From positions 8,184,001-8,248,000 of the forward strand of contig CATNEN010000038.1 in NCBI GenBank assembly GCA_950097015.1: 64,000 nt of DNA. The letters are read 5' to 3'. Numbering within the stretch: position 1 is the stretch's first letter; every line of letters begins with the position of its first letter. This document shows, piece after piece, positions 12,277 through 24,180 of this stretch. The translations under genes and the position numbers were made by a program. Source of the stretch: Macrostomum hystrix. Taxonomy: Eukaryota; Animalia; Platyhelminthes. The notes under the pieces are model-generated. The model ran no database searches. It was given only the letters and a program-made list of their open reading frames with translations, and was not told the origin of the DNA.

Positions 12277-14241
12277 TTCTATTTAACCCCCGTCTGACAT
12301 CCTACGGTCTGTACTGAAATCGCAATCGCATTTTGTTCACGCATTTGTACATGTAAGTTTTTGGTCTTCAAAATGTTCCTTGCGTTGCGGAAATAATAAA
12401 TGATAACAAATTATGTATTTATTCCCGAAAGTTGCATTAGACTTCAAATCAATGTGACTGTTCATTACGTTACCTTCAGAAGTTATTTTGTATTACCTTA
12501 AGTTAGTTCAGTTGCAAATTGTTATTTTGAAATATGATTAAGTAGCTAATAGAAAAATAATTCTGTTAACTACGTTTACATGCCTTGAACGACTCGGCAG
12601 TCAATCAGCTTCAGCCCGAAATTCAGCACGTTGTAGGCAATTTTGCTCGTTGCTCCAGGACTTGAAAGGCCAGTACAATGGAGTCTGGAAACAGGGCTGG
12701 CGGTAATCAACCCTTTGTCAGGCAAATTGCCCCTGGTCTGCAAGGGATTGTGCAGTCACCAATCCTTCACTGCATAGGTACCGATCCGGCTAGAGGAAAG
12801 GTGATGTTCAGCAGGCTGCTGTGTACAACTTGTTGCTGACAAACTGGAAGAAGCTCTATGACGGACGATTTCTGAAGAGGCCCAATTCCGAAACTAGGTT
12901 TAAAGTTCCTTAAGATCCTTTCGGAAGCTTTCAAAACTTACTTGCAGCAAGTGGAAGCCAACGGTATATGGGCCAGGGTTGATCTGACTGTTGTTGAGAA
13001 CACTGCGTTTTTTGGAGTCGAGAGTCGCCCGTTCTGCTATTAAGAGGAATGATCGAAGGGCTTCGCGACCGGGCCACTTTCATTTGTGGCGCAGCTGCGG
13101 CTTGCGAGATCGTCGTGCAATTCACAGCCTTCTATAGCTTCTATACTTTTTCGAGTATACTCATTATTATACTGTTAAATTAGGCGGAAGGCGAGATGTG
13201 CTCTAGATAGAGACGTCCTCCTTCAGGCCGGGCCACCGGGCTCTGATTACGATTCTTGCCTGAGTTCTGTCGGGTCCATGGTGTCTACTTGCCGGCTCAT
13301 TGTAGAGCAGCCTCGGAAGCCCTTGCCTAGGCTGCAGCGGGTGACTGGATATTCAGCCCTCCCGATGACATCGTCTGCGCCTAGCTCTAGCTTCTCCGTC
13401 TTAAACAGTCTCTCCGCGTCGTCGCCAGTTTCACCTTACCGAGGCCTCAGTCAGATGAGCACCTCGAGAACAGCCGCCAGCTCTGCGTCATCAGCTGTGA
13501 AGCCCTGATGTCGTCGTCCGTCCAGACAAGAAGGCAAAACTTCAGTGCTAAAAGCAGCTTAAATACGAACTTCTGGTTCTTTGAAGAACTTCGGTAAAGA
13601 CGAGAATATCTATCGCGCATGCCAGATAGTTCCAAAAATTTTGAGCTTCCAATTGACGTAGAGGCAGGGGGCAACTTCCGGATGCGGCGGGGAGGTTCTC
13701 CGCACATTTAGCTAGCCCCTGCTGACCACCGGCAACTAAAGCTTCGGTGTCACGCAGGGGGATCCGGTGGTGCCGGCGTCCACAGTGCGGTCCTCCTCCG
13801 AAGAATCCAGGTCAGGGTTTAGGACGAGATAGTTGAGCCTGTCCTGACTATAGGCGGGGAGGTCGCGGGTGAAATGCTCCACATTGTCTACATGAGAGAG
13901 ACAAAAATGGTACTCGTCACTGCAGATTTTGTCTTGCATGTAGCGATGCCTAGCGAGACAGCCATGGCCTGCGGTTGAGTCCAAGCAGGGCCGATTTGAG
14001 CGCCCACGCAACCGCGATAAGCGTCTGTCGCCTTGTTCAGGATTTCAGAAATTCCGAGATCGAAGACTAGCTAGGTTAATCCCCTAGCTTTCCTTTAACT
14101 CATTGTTCCTTGGATTTGATGCATCTGTATAATCACGAGTTTATCACCAACCCCCAGCCAGTGCATGGCGAGGAGAACAGAAAAACTTGAACTCTCAGCT
14201 AATTTTCCCACTTTTTTGACACATCCCCAGTAAGAAAACTA

Positions 14242-15516
14242 TAAGGGTGAGCCAAAAGTTTCCGGAATTTTTTTCAGCTAGATCTTCGTACAAATTTTGT
14301 TTATGGTAAATCTCAAAAGTGGCAGTCATCCACTAGCATACTTGCATGCATGCTTCTATCTCTTTTACTCAGAATCAGCGCATCTCTTCAGCTCTTTTTG
14401 AATAGCCGCTATAGTAATAATAAATGGACATGCCTAAAAACGAATGGCGAGCAATTCTGCTCAACCACTTTCACGCTGGAAGAAATGCAGCCGAGGCACA
14501 TCGCGAGCTATCAAGTCTGATGGGTCATCATGCACCCTCTAAGTCTACGGTGTACGAATGGTTCGCTCGCTTTGTAGAGGAGGACTGGAACCTGTCCGAC
14601 AAACCAAGGTCAGGTCGACCCCCCACTGCCGATCAAGGTGCCGTTCTCCATGCCCTAGAGGACAACCCGGAGTACAGTGTGCGCAAGTTGTCGGCCACAA
14701 CTGGAGTGCCCTACAGCACAGTTCGACGGAGCCTGCATGATGCAGGCAAGGTTCCGAAGAAGCCGACTCTGGTACCCCACGAGCTGACTCCCCAGCAGAT
14801 GGGCACTCGGGTCGAGATGGCAACTTCGAACCTCCTCCAGGCCCACTCGCCATATTTCCTAAAGTCCATCATTGCGCAGGATGAGAAGTGGGTCTCATAT
14901 GAAAATCCTATCGCATCGGCGGTCTGGGTGAATGCTGATGAAGAGCCACCAATCTGCTCCAGGCGAGACCCCCACTGTGGGAAGGAGCTCTTGTCCTTCT
15001 GGTTCTGCTCATCGGGCCCCATCTTCTGGGCTCATCCCGCATGGTGTGGCTGTCACTGCTGCTGTCATCTGCGAAGAACTGGAGCAAGTTGCCCACCGGC
15101 TGCGATCCGTGTGCCCAGGGCACCGGGACAAAGTTCTTCTGTTTGACAATGCCCGACCACACAAGGCTAGAATCACCCAAGCCAAACTCGCGAGCCTCGG
15201 CTTCAGCGTTTTGCCTCACCCACCTTACTCGCCGGACCTCTCGCCATGTGACTACCATGTGTTCAGATCCCTCCAGAACTTCTGTGATGGTCGGCGGTTT
15301 GCGAACAAGCAGCATGTGGAGTTAGCAGTGCAGGAATGGATCGACTCTAGGCCAAGGAGCTTCTGGATGGAGGGGATTGAGGCACTGCCTATGAGATGGG
15401 AGAGAGTCAATGTCTTGAATGGCAACTATGTTACATCGTTTTAATCTGTTGACTTTGAATGCGAAAGTTGACTATGTTGATGCAATGAAATTCCGGAAAC
15501 TTTTGGCTCACCCTTA
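14242..15516 (+). mobile_element. Mariner (DD34D) DNA transposon, 1275 bp, full length
   Basis: Perfect 29-bp TIRs TAAGGGTGAGCCAAAAGTTTCCGGAATTT (14242-14270 and 15488-15516), flanked by TA on both sides. Confidence 0.97.
14424..15444 (+). pseudogene. Mariner transposase with one frameshift at ~15030
   Basis: HTH N-terminus, PRSGRP, LVPHEL, QDEKW, DNARPH-(34 aa)-D within YSPDLSPCDY; ORFs 14424-15146 and 14932-15444 overlap, with the shift at TTCTGGG/CTCATC. Confidence 0.93.
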
Positions 15517-16286
15517 TATATTCCCCACTTGTCCATATATCTCCAAATTTAGCAAAATTCCCATTTATTAGGCAATGTCCCATAAGCAGAAAATTTCCCC
15601 TTTTATTTATCCTTAGAATGCCATTGTTAAATCTGCGAATCCAATTGTGAAATTCTGGAAAAGAAAAACTAGTTTTCTTGCACTAAAGATGAAATCGATT
15701 TTTATTAAAAATGGAAGTTAGTCAGTTAGGTGTATTTGTTTATAAATAGTTAAGCATCAAGTAGTGATTTATGAAAAATGTGCATAAATAAGTTGGAAAA
15801 AATTCTGCAGACAGAGTATTATAGCTCGCACTTCTTATGTATGTACTATAGTGTATATACTGAAACTTGCGAGTTTGATAACTTCTTGCGCAGACCGCAC
15901 AGCACTACTACAAGTACCGCATAAACAAACAAAAAGCTAAAAAAGGCATAGAAGCACAAAAATGTATCGTTTCAACCGTCTACTTTTATGCAAAACGTCA
16001 TCAGCGAGGTAAATTTTTTAGGTGAGCAATTAGAAAAAGGTAGAATTCTTCAACGAACAGTTATTCTAAATGGAATTTTATCCAGAGTGATGAACATGGC
16101 GAATGGCGTCCTTGGGTGCGCAGAATAATCAAAAGGATTTCGCAACTCGCGTCAGTAATTGAGGTCAGTAAAATTCTTCTAGTATAAAGCTCGTGAATAT
16201 AAAAACGAGTAATATAATCATTGAATTCTTGTGACATGGTGGGCGCAAATACTAAAGATGTCTGTGGTTAACTTCTGAGGATAACC

Positions 16287-16515
16287 TAACTGAACAAATA
16301 TCCCAAATGAACAGATATCACAACTCAGCAAATATCCCAACTGATCAAATATCCCAACTGAACAAATATCCCAACTGAATGAATATCCCAACTGAACAAA
16401 TATCCCAACTGTCCAAATATCCCAACTGAACAAATATCCCAACTGAACAAATATCCCAACTGAACAAATATCCCAATTGAACAAATATCCCAACTGAACA
16501 AATATCACAACTGAG
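16287..16515. repeat. 17-bp minisatellite downstream of the protocadherin stop
   Basis: CAACTGAACAAATATCC. Confidence 0.9.
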
Positions 16516-16654
16516 CAATACACCTGAAAGGTACATTATCTACATTATCTAGTTTATACTATATTCAAATGAAGTACATGTATCTAGGACTTTGGTGAAA
16601 GCAGCACATGTAAAATGCACAGGCCGGTAGCTGACGCACTGCATGAATGAACTG

Positions 16655-19600
16655 TCAGACAAATGTGCTTGGCTGTGAGAGCATCGGCGACTGCACCCTC
16701 TGGTAGGCCGGCTGCAGCAGGCTGGTGTAGCAGGACTTCTCAGCGCCGCAGCCAGCATCCTGCTCCTTGTCATCACCTGTAGTCGTCTTGCCAAAAGTGT
16801 CTGCCTCGGCTAGATTCGCTGACTCTGACTCGTGCAGATTCTGGTAAAGCTGCTGCTGCTGCTGTTGCGCTCGAGCTGACTGCAGCTGCTCTGGCAACAG
16901 GCTGGTGTACCGCACCCGCTTTGAGTCAGCGGGCTGACCATCTGCATTGGGATTGGATCGAGTGGTATTCAGGTTCAGGTGCAGTTAGATTGGGTTCAGG
17001 TTCAGGTAGTTTTGGTTCAGGTGCAGTTAGATTGGGTTCAGGTGCAGTTAGATTGGGTTCAGGTGCAGTTAGATTGGGTTCAGGTGCAGGTAGTTTTGGT
17101 TCAGGTGCAGTTAGATTGGGTTCAGGTGCAGTTAGATTAGGTTCAGTTGCAGTTTGATTGGGTTCAGGTGCAGTTAGATTGGGTTCAGGTTCAAGTCGAT
17201 TAGGTTCAGTTTCAAGTAGATTAGATTCAGTTTCCGGTAGATTAAGGTTAAGGTTAAGGTTAGGTTAAGATTCAGGTTGATCGGGTTCAGGTGCATGAGG
17301 ACCGCCTATTTAGAGTGTCGCTAACCAGGTCTGCCAGTTCTAGCCGATCTGCAGCCACCTGCACCGCCGCCTCCGGTTGTCAGCAGGTCAAGCCGTACGG
17401 CTGTGTCCGTGCTGTGGCCGCGGCCGCTGTCCAAACTGTCAGCGTCTTCAGCGTGGCAACCGGCCGCGTGTCCAGCCTGGAGTTAGTTTAGGTAGAGCTG
17501 GATCTGTCTCACAGGTGTAACACCGATTCTCTTTAACAGGTGCAATACCGATTCTGTCTAACAGGTGCGACACCGATTCTGTCTAACAGGTGCGACACCG
17601 ATTCTGTCTAACAGGTGTGACACCGATTCTGTCTAACAGGTGCGACACCGATTCTGTCTAACAGGTGTGACACCGATTCTGTCTAACAGGTGCGACACCG
17701 ATTCTGTCTAACAGGTGCGACACCGATTCTGTCTAACAGGTGCGACACCGATTCTGTCTAACAGGTGCGACACCGATTCTGTCTAACAGGTGCGACACCG
17801 ATTCTGTCTAACAGGTGCGACACCGATTCTGTCTAACAGGTGTGACACCCCAATCAACAGGCCTGATACCCCAATCAAACAGGCCTGATACCCCAATCAA
17901 ACAGGCCTGATACACCAGTCAAACAGGTTTGATACCCTAATAAAACAGGCCTGACACCCCAATCAAACAGGGCTGACACGCCAATCAAACCGCTCATTCG
18001 TGTGTATTTGACCCTCCCATTGCGCAACGCACCTCAAATGGCGAAGCAGCCGAGCGCACTTGCCGCCTGCCCTGAGCAGTCAGGGTGGAGCCGCCAGCGG
18101 ATCCCAGCGGTGCCATCGGCAGCTGCACTTTGTACAATCGGTCGTCTGGGCGCATCGTGCCGTGACCGACTGGTCGGATTCGAAATTGAATTGTGGTTAG
18201 ATCTGTGATTTATACTAGCTATTCTGTGCTGCTATCTACCTGTCCTACTAGCTATCTACCTGTCCTACTAGCTATCTACCTGTCCTACTAGCAATCTACC
18301 TGTCCTACTAGCTATCTACCTGTCCTACTAGCTATCTACCTGTCCTACTAGCTATCTACCTGTCCTACTAGCTATCTACCTGTCCTACTAGCTATCTACC
18401 TGTCCTACTAGCAATCTACCTGTCCTACTAGCTATCTACCTGTCCTACTAGCTATCTACCTGTCCTACTAGCTATCTACCTGTCCTACTAGCTATCTACC
18501 TGTCCTACTAGCTATCTACCTGTCCTACTAGCTATCTACCTGTCCTACTAGCTATCTACCTGTCCTACTAGCTATCTACCTGTCCTACTAGCTATCTACC
18601 TGTCCTACTAGCTATCTACCTGTCCTACTAGCTATCTACCTGTCCTACTAGCTATCTACCTGTCCTACTAGCTATCTACCTGTCCTACTAGCTATCTACC
18701 TGTCCTACTAGCTATCTACCTGTCCTACTACCTATCTACCTGTCCTACTAGCTATCTACCTGTCCTAGTGTCCTACTAATGTTCTACTAAGGAGCGGCAT
18801 GAATGTTTTATTTCGTGTTGACAAAAATCAGCAGCTGACAGCCATCGCTCCAGTCCACCCAAAGTTAGGCAGGCTGTCTCCTTCAATTTAAATTCGCAAT
18901 CCGCAATATTGCATCACTCAGCCCTCAGTCCCTTCCCAGCTGCCTGACCTCACGATTTGACCTACTGTTAGCCGAACAGAAGTGTAGTCCCGCAAAATCT
19001 GTCCAGTAGATTTCTGTCTCCTCATATCCGAATTCTTTTCTCATGGTTATTGCCATCAAACTCAGGCAGTCTATATCTGGGGATTATGAAGTTCGGCTGT
19101 CCTACCGTTGATGGAAAGCTGCAGATTATGAAGAACTGAAAAACCTCCCCGACTACAGGTAAAAACGCAAGGAAACACAAATGGATTGCCAGGGAGAAAG
19201 ATGGGCAGTGGGGAGGGGGACACAGCTAGGTGGAGTCACGCAACACGGCAATTTTCTATTCCCTGATCCTCTTTTGCAAGCACAATGACAACTGCCGGAC
19301 TATAGCCGGGGTGTGCTCAAATCCTCCGTTGTTGATTCTTATTTTCGGCTCCGCGTGTCAAAGCCGATCTCCGAGAGGCTTCGCAAGCTGAAGGCGGGCT
19401 GGCACGCACGGAGGTCGGCCCTACTAATTAAAAAAACATATTCGCCCACCCTGTCTCATTCATTCCAGAATTTCTCGTCGTTTTTTTAGACTCTTAATCC
19501 GCTGGACGCATCCTTGATCCATCCAGCTTTAATCCCTAAATACCCCCCAAGCCCGGTTACAAAATGAGGAAAAAATGGCTGCATTGTTGACCCGTTGAAA

Positions 19601-22600
19601 GAAAACTGGAGCGGGCAGCAAAAGGCGTTGTCGTCTTAATCAGGATGCCAGGAAATGAGGCGGCGCTTTGGAGATGAAACCGGCGCGAGTCCTTTGACGA
19701 TGGCTCCGGGAGCAGGTCGGATAAGGTGAGCAGTGTGGGTTGTGCTTTATGCAAGCTGGGGATCGGGGGTGTGGGGATCCAAGGCATAGTGTGAGTGTTA
19801 GGGCAGATGTACACATGTGTGAGTGTGTGCTCAGGAGTCAGCGGAATGGGCAGAATTGCCTCCTCGCTGGCTGCGGGTCTATTGTGACAAAATGATGTGC
19901 CATTGCCCACAGCCCTCCTGCATATATCATTATTCATTGTATTCACCTTTGAATGTACCCCACCGAACAGCTACTTTGGCTGCCATGTGAGCACAATGTC
20001 TCTATTCTCACCTCCAGCCAGAAGGAAGTCGTCCGCGCCGCTGCCGCAGCAGCCGCCGGCGCCGCCGATGGCCGCAGATGGCGAGTAGCGGCAGTTGCCC
20101 ACCGTGCAGGTCTTCCGGCCGGTGGCACCGACGCATGTCGCCGTCCCGGCCGACAGTGCCCCGGCGGTCTCGGCCAGCTGCGGCGATGGCAGAAGTCGCC
20201 GGACGACTCGATCGCCGTGAGAACCGTCGAGCCCGACCCCGCCGACGACGCCAGGCCCGGAAGCAGTTCGACAGCGGAGGAAGACGATGGCCACGATGAG
20301 GAAGATGGACACGACCACCGTGATCACCACCATCGCCAGGATGATGGCCAGGTTGCCTTCGGCGGTGCGCGGCGCGGTTCCGAAGATCCCGCTGCCGTCG
20401 GGGGCTCGCTCAACGATGCGGATGGTGAGGTTGGCCTGGCTGCTCAGCGGCGGCTGGCCCCTGTCCGACGCCGAGATTCGCAGCCGGTGCAGCTGGCGCA
20501 GGTCCCTGGACGGATCGATGGGTCTGGACAGCAGCACCTGGCCTTCTGGAGTGACGCTGAAGAGCTGCCGCGGCGGCTGCTGGCTGACCAGGCTGTACAC
20601 CACGCTGCCGTTGGGTCCGTAGTCGGAGTCCGTGGCGCGCAGCAGAGCCACCGAGCTGCCGATTGACTGGTGCACGGACACGTTGACCAGGTGGTTCTCC
20701 CTGCTGGGAAACACCCACTGCGGCACATTGTCATTGGCGTCAAGAATTGAAACGGTCACGTGAGCAGTCTGACGGCCGCCGGCCTGATCATCGGCCAGGA
20801 CCTGCGGCAGTTTGAGTTGGCGGGAGGGCTGTGAGCACTGGAGCATTGGTTAATGACAGTAGACACACACACTCAGTCTCACAGGTGAGTGTATTGTATG
20901 CAATGTATTGTGACTTCATCAGATCGTCAGCCATTATAAAGGTCTCCTGTGTACTCAACATCATTCGGCTACTCTTGTCGGGCGCACTTCCGCATTGTGA
21001 AATTTTCTCAGCAAGTGCGCTTTGCTCTTTAATTCCCATTTTCTCCGGGTACTTTTTACCACACCCTTCACTTCAGCTCAAACTTTAACACACCAGGTGA
21101 GTCAATTATTCTCTCAAATATGCTCCAAGTGAGTTCACTTTGTTCAACTGACTTGACTGTGTCAACAAAAAGATTGATTCAGATTGATTCAGCTCCTGCT
21201 TTTAGAATATTTTTGTCTCAAATGAATTAATTTACAATTTTGACACCCAGATTTCATGTTTATGATGATTTCCACCTGTAGGAATTGAAATTACTGGCAA
21301 ATAACTTTCACGGATGCCCCAATTTTATAACAGGAAACTCACCAGAAACGTGAACGAGTCCCTGTACTCCCGATCGATCGGCTGACTGCCCGTGAACACC
21401 CGGCCGTCCTGCGTCACGCTGAAGTAGCTGAAGGCCAGCTGGCCCTCGGCACCGGCCTCGCTGGGGCCGCCCAGCATCCGGTAGATGATCCGACGGTGCC
21501 TGTCTTCGGCGTCGCAGTCGGTGGCGGTCACGTTGCCAAGGTGACGCCTGAGCTCCGAGTTCTCTTCGACTGAGAAGGCGTAGTGACTGGCTGAGAACTC
21601 CGGCCTGCAGTCGTTGACATCCTCGATGTTCACGACAACCGTCCCGGTAGCGGTTCTCCGACGGCCCTCGGCGTCGGGCAGGTCGCCGAGGTCGCTGACA
21701 AACACAGTCAGGTTGAACTGCTGTTCGAATTCGCGGTCGAAGCTTCGGCGAGCCCAGATTGCCGCGGTGCCGCGGTCGATGTCGAAATGACGGCTGGACG
21801 CGGCGTCCAAGCTGTAGCGCAGGTCGGCGTTGTCCCCGGCGTCCGCGTCCGTGGCTTCCATGCGCGCCAGCTCGAACACCGGCAGCGGGTCTTTGTTTTC
21901 CGGGAGGCGAACAATTAACGGATTCTGCCGAAAAATCGGCGAGTTGTCATTCTCATCCCGGATGTTAATGCGCATTGTGACGGAGTCCACCTGGTTAGGC
22001 GTGCCATTGTCGTTGCAGACAACGCGAATCGTATAGGACGCCGTCTGCTCGCGATCGAAGCGCTTGTTGCTGACCACCTGAAAGTTGCGCTTCGACGACT
22101 TGTACAATGGCAGAATGCCGAAATCGGTTGACGGCTCCGCGTGGCAGGTCACCGCCTGCTGCTCGTCCTTATCGTCGGCGTCAAAAACATCCAGTGAAGC
22201 CACCATGGTTCCGACGTTGGCGTTCTCAGAGATCTCGAAAGTGCCACCAGAGTCGCCGCTGCTGGCGCTTCCACCGCCGGCAAAGCTGACGAGGGTGATT
22301 CCTGGCGGATTGTCATTTTCGTTGATGACGTCAATGCGGAGGCTGGCGTCTGCTGAGTGTTTTCCGTCCGTCACCGTGACGGGAATGTCGTAGCTCTTCC
22401 ACTGTTCATAGTCCAGCATTTTTACGGCCGTGACGGATCCCGTGCGCTCGTCGATTCTAAACGTCTCCGTGACGCTTCTGACGGCGGCCACGCCCAGCCG
22501 AAATCGAAGCCGCTCAGCGTCGGCCGCGTCAGCGTCCGTGGCGTTCAGGCGCACCAGCTCACGGCCGGCCGGCGCGCTCTCGGCCACCCGGATCAGTCGG

Positions 22601-23400
22601 GGAAATTGGCCGAACACCGGCGCATTGTCGTTGATGTCCGCGACGCTGATGTTGACAGTCAGGCTGCCGGTGAGTGCTGGATGTCCGCCGTCCAGCGCCT
22701 GGATGACCACCTGGTGCCAGGCCGCCGTCTCCCGGTCCAGATCGGTTCGAACTTCGAGCCACAGGCCGGCGGTTGCCGTCAGGCTGCTGAGGTCGCCCAG
22801 CTTGTAGCTGATTTGGAACAGGTGCAAGCCGTTGATGAGCTCGTAGCGCTGGGTGGAGTTTTCAGGTGCCTTGTCCGGATCCGTGGCCAAGGGCAGCTGG
22901 AACTGGGTGCCGACGGGCGTGTGCTCCGGCACCTCCAGGGTCAACTGCGGCGATTTCCACTGCGGCGCGTTGTCGTTGAGATCAACGACGCGCAATTCGA
23001 GGCGCAGGATGTCGCGCAGAGCTCTAGACTTGTCGACTACTCCGATGGTCAAGCTGAGCTCGCAGCTTGGCGAGTCGGGGCAGCAGGTGCCGGCCTCCGG
23101 GCAGAGGGCTTCGCGATCCACCTTGGTCTGCAGAAAGATTTCCCCCGTCGCCGTGTCCACGTGAAAATAGCGCTGCTTCTGACCGTCCAGAGCGCGGAAC
23201 TCGCACGAGCTGAAGTCGTCGCTGCGGAATAGCTGCTGGCGCAGCAGGTGCTTCACGTCGGCCACCTTGCTACCAGAGGCCTGCTCCTCAGCGAAGGCGT
23301 GCTTCAGGTTCGCGACGCTCTGCTCACTATGGCAGCGGTCGAAAATTATGGAGGCTAGCAGCAGCAGCAGCAGCAGGTTGAGCAGCTCCTGGCTGGTCAT
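16655..23400 (-). CDS. Delta-type protocadherin: signal peptide, 7 cadherin repeats, TM, cytoplasmic tail; 5 exons (23400-21343, 20801-20012, 18202-18033, 17476-17326, 16941-16655), ~1151 aa
   Basis: DRE, DxD and DxNDNxP motifs; EC1 C-x4-CC-x5-C; TM LAIILAMVVITVVVSIFLIVAIVFL; all junctions GT-AG with consistent phases; tail contains DSGRG and TFGK and ends STFV. Confidence 0.92.
16968..17290. repeat. 21-bp minisatellite, protocadherin intron 4
   Basis: GGTTCAGGTGCAGTTAGATTG. Confidence 0.9.
17511..17990. repeat. Adjacent 25-bp and 22-bp minisatellites, protocadherin intron 3
   Basis: ACAGGTGCGACACCGATTCTGTCTA followed by AAACAGGCCTGATACCCCAATC. Confidence 0.92.
18230..18768. repeat. 20-bp minisatellite, protocadherin intron 2
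   Basis: GCTATCTACCTGTCCTACTA, nearly perfect. Confidence 0.97.
19790..19935 (+). mobile_element. SINE family 1, 3' fragment
   Basis: AGGGCAGATGTACAC...GGGCAGAATTGCCTCCTCGCTGGCTGCGGGTCTA...AAATGATGTGCCATTGCCC. Confidence 0.8.
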
Positions 23401-23436
23401 TGTGGCTGACACCGGCTCTTGAATGGTTGGTAGGAA

Positions 23437-23650
23437 GGGGTTGTAGCCTTGCGGTTAGAGGGGCGGACTCACGACTTAAAGGTCGGGGGTTCGATTCTCG
23501 ACTGCATTGGAGCAATTTGTGTCCGTTAGCAAGACACGTAACTCACCCAGCTGTTAAATGGGTACCAACATCAGCTGGGATAATTTATGGTCCCACCAGT
23601 CCATGGACTGTACTACCTTCAGATACACAGCGCAATTCCTGGCTATTGAT
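23437..23650 (+). mobile_element. tRNA-derived SINE family 2 (CORE/Nin-like central domain)
   Basis: A box TAGCCTTGCGG, B box GGTTCGATTC, then TGTGTCCGTTAGCAAGACAC and CACCCAGCTGTTAAATGGGTACC; a second copy lies on the minus strand at ~52730-52930. Confidence 0.75.
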
Positions 23651-24070
23651 TTCTACGTTAAACCCATATTTTCATCAAATGATTTTAATTTCTAAAGGAC
23701 AGAAATTCGTTATGTATTCATTTTGTCTCGGTCACACCAATGTGAGCACGAAAATTCCGGTTCTGACTGGTTACTAAGCGAACTGACCGTGGGTGGGGAG
23801 GAATCCTCAGTTGTTTTTGGTTCAGAAGGCGCTAATTGATTTCTACACCTGCTGAGCAAACTGAATCTTGAGTGGAAAACTGGTCACTTAGAAATTTCTG
23901 GTGAAAAACTGAGTAGTAAATTGATTTCTATTGAATCAGCAGTTATTCTTGCGTCAAGTTGAGCCAGCGCTGGATCAAATCCATGGCAACCTGTAAGTGG
24001 CAGCGAGAGTCAACAAGAAACGGATGTGGCTATACAAGTGGCTTCTCAATTGAAGATTCCAGGAAAATTG

Positions 24071-24080
24071 ACTATAAATA
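24071..24080 (+). promoter_or_regulatory. TATA box of the ependymin-related gene
   Basis: CTATAAATA about 105 bp upstream of the ATG. Confidence 0.55.
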
Positions 24081-24180
24081 TGGCAAGCTCATCGCAAAGG
24101 AAACCTGGCGTCGGACAGTTGGACTCCAAAATTGCAGTGTGCTCAACAACAGTCAAATCGAAGCCATCAACCAAACAGCC

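Noticed and set aside
15020-15040. Programmed frameshift in the transposase
   Set aside because: No slippery heptamer, and mariners encode one continuous ORF; a simple deletion or sequencing error is more likely
22357-23232. 291-aa + strand ORF (also 19953-20666 and 24046-24849)
   Set aside because: Antisense shadows of GC3-rich real genes
23437-23510. tRNA gene (A/B boxes, CAC anticodon-like loop); similarly 30708-30780
   Set aside because: No acceptor stem, and the sequence continues into a repeated SINE body
23959-24180. Upstream extension of the EPDR ORF
   Set aside because: It starts at TTG and spans the TATA box; the signal peptide begins at ATG 24181
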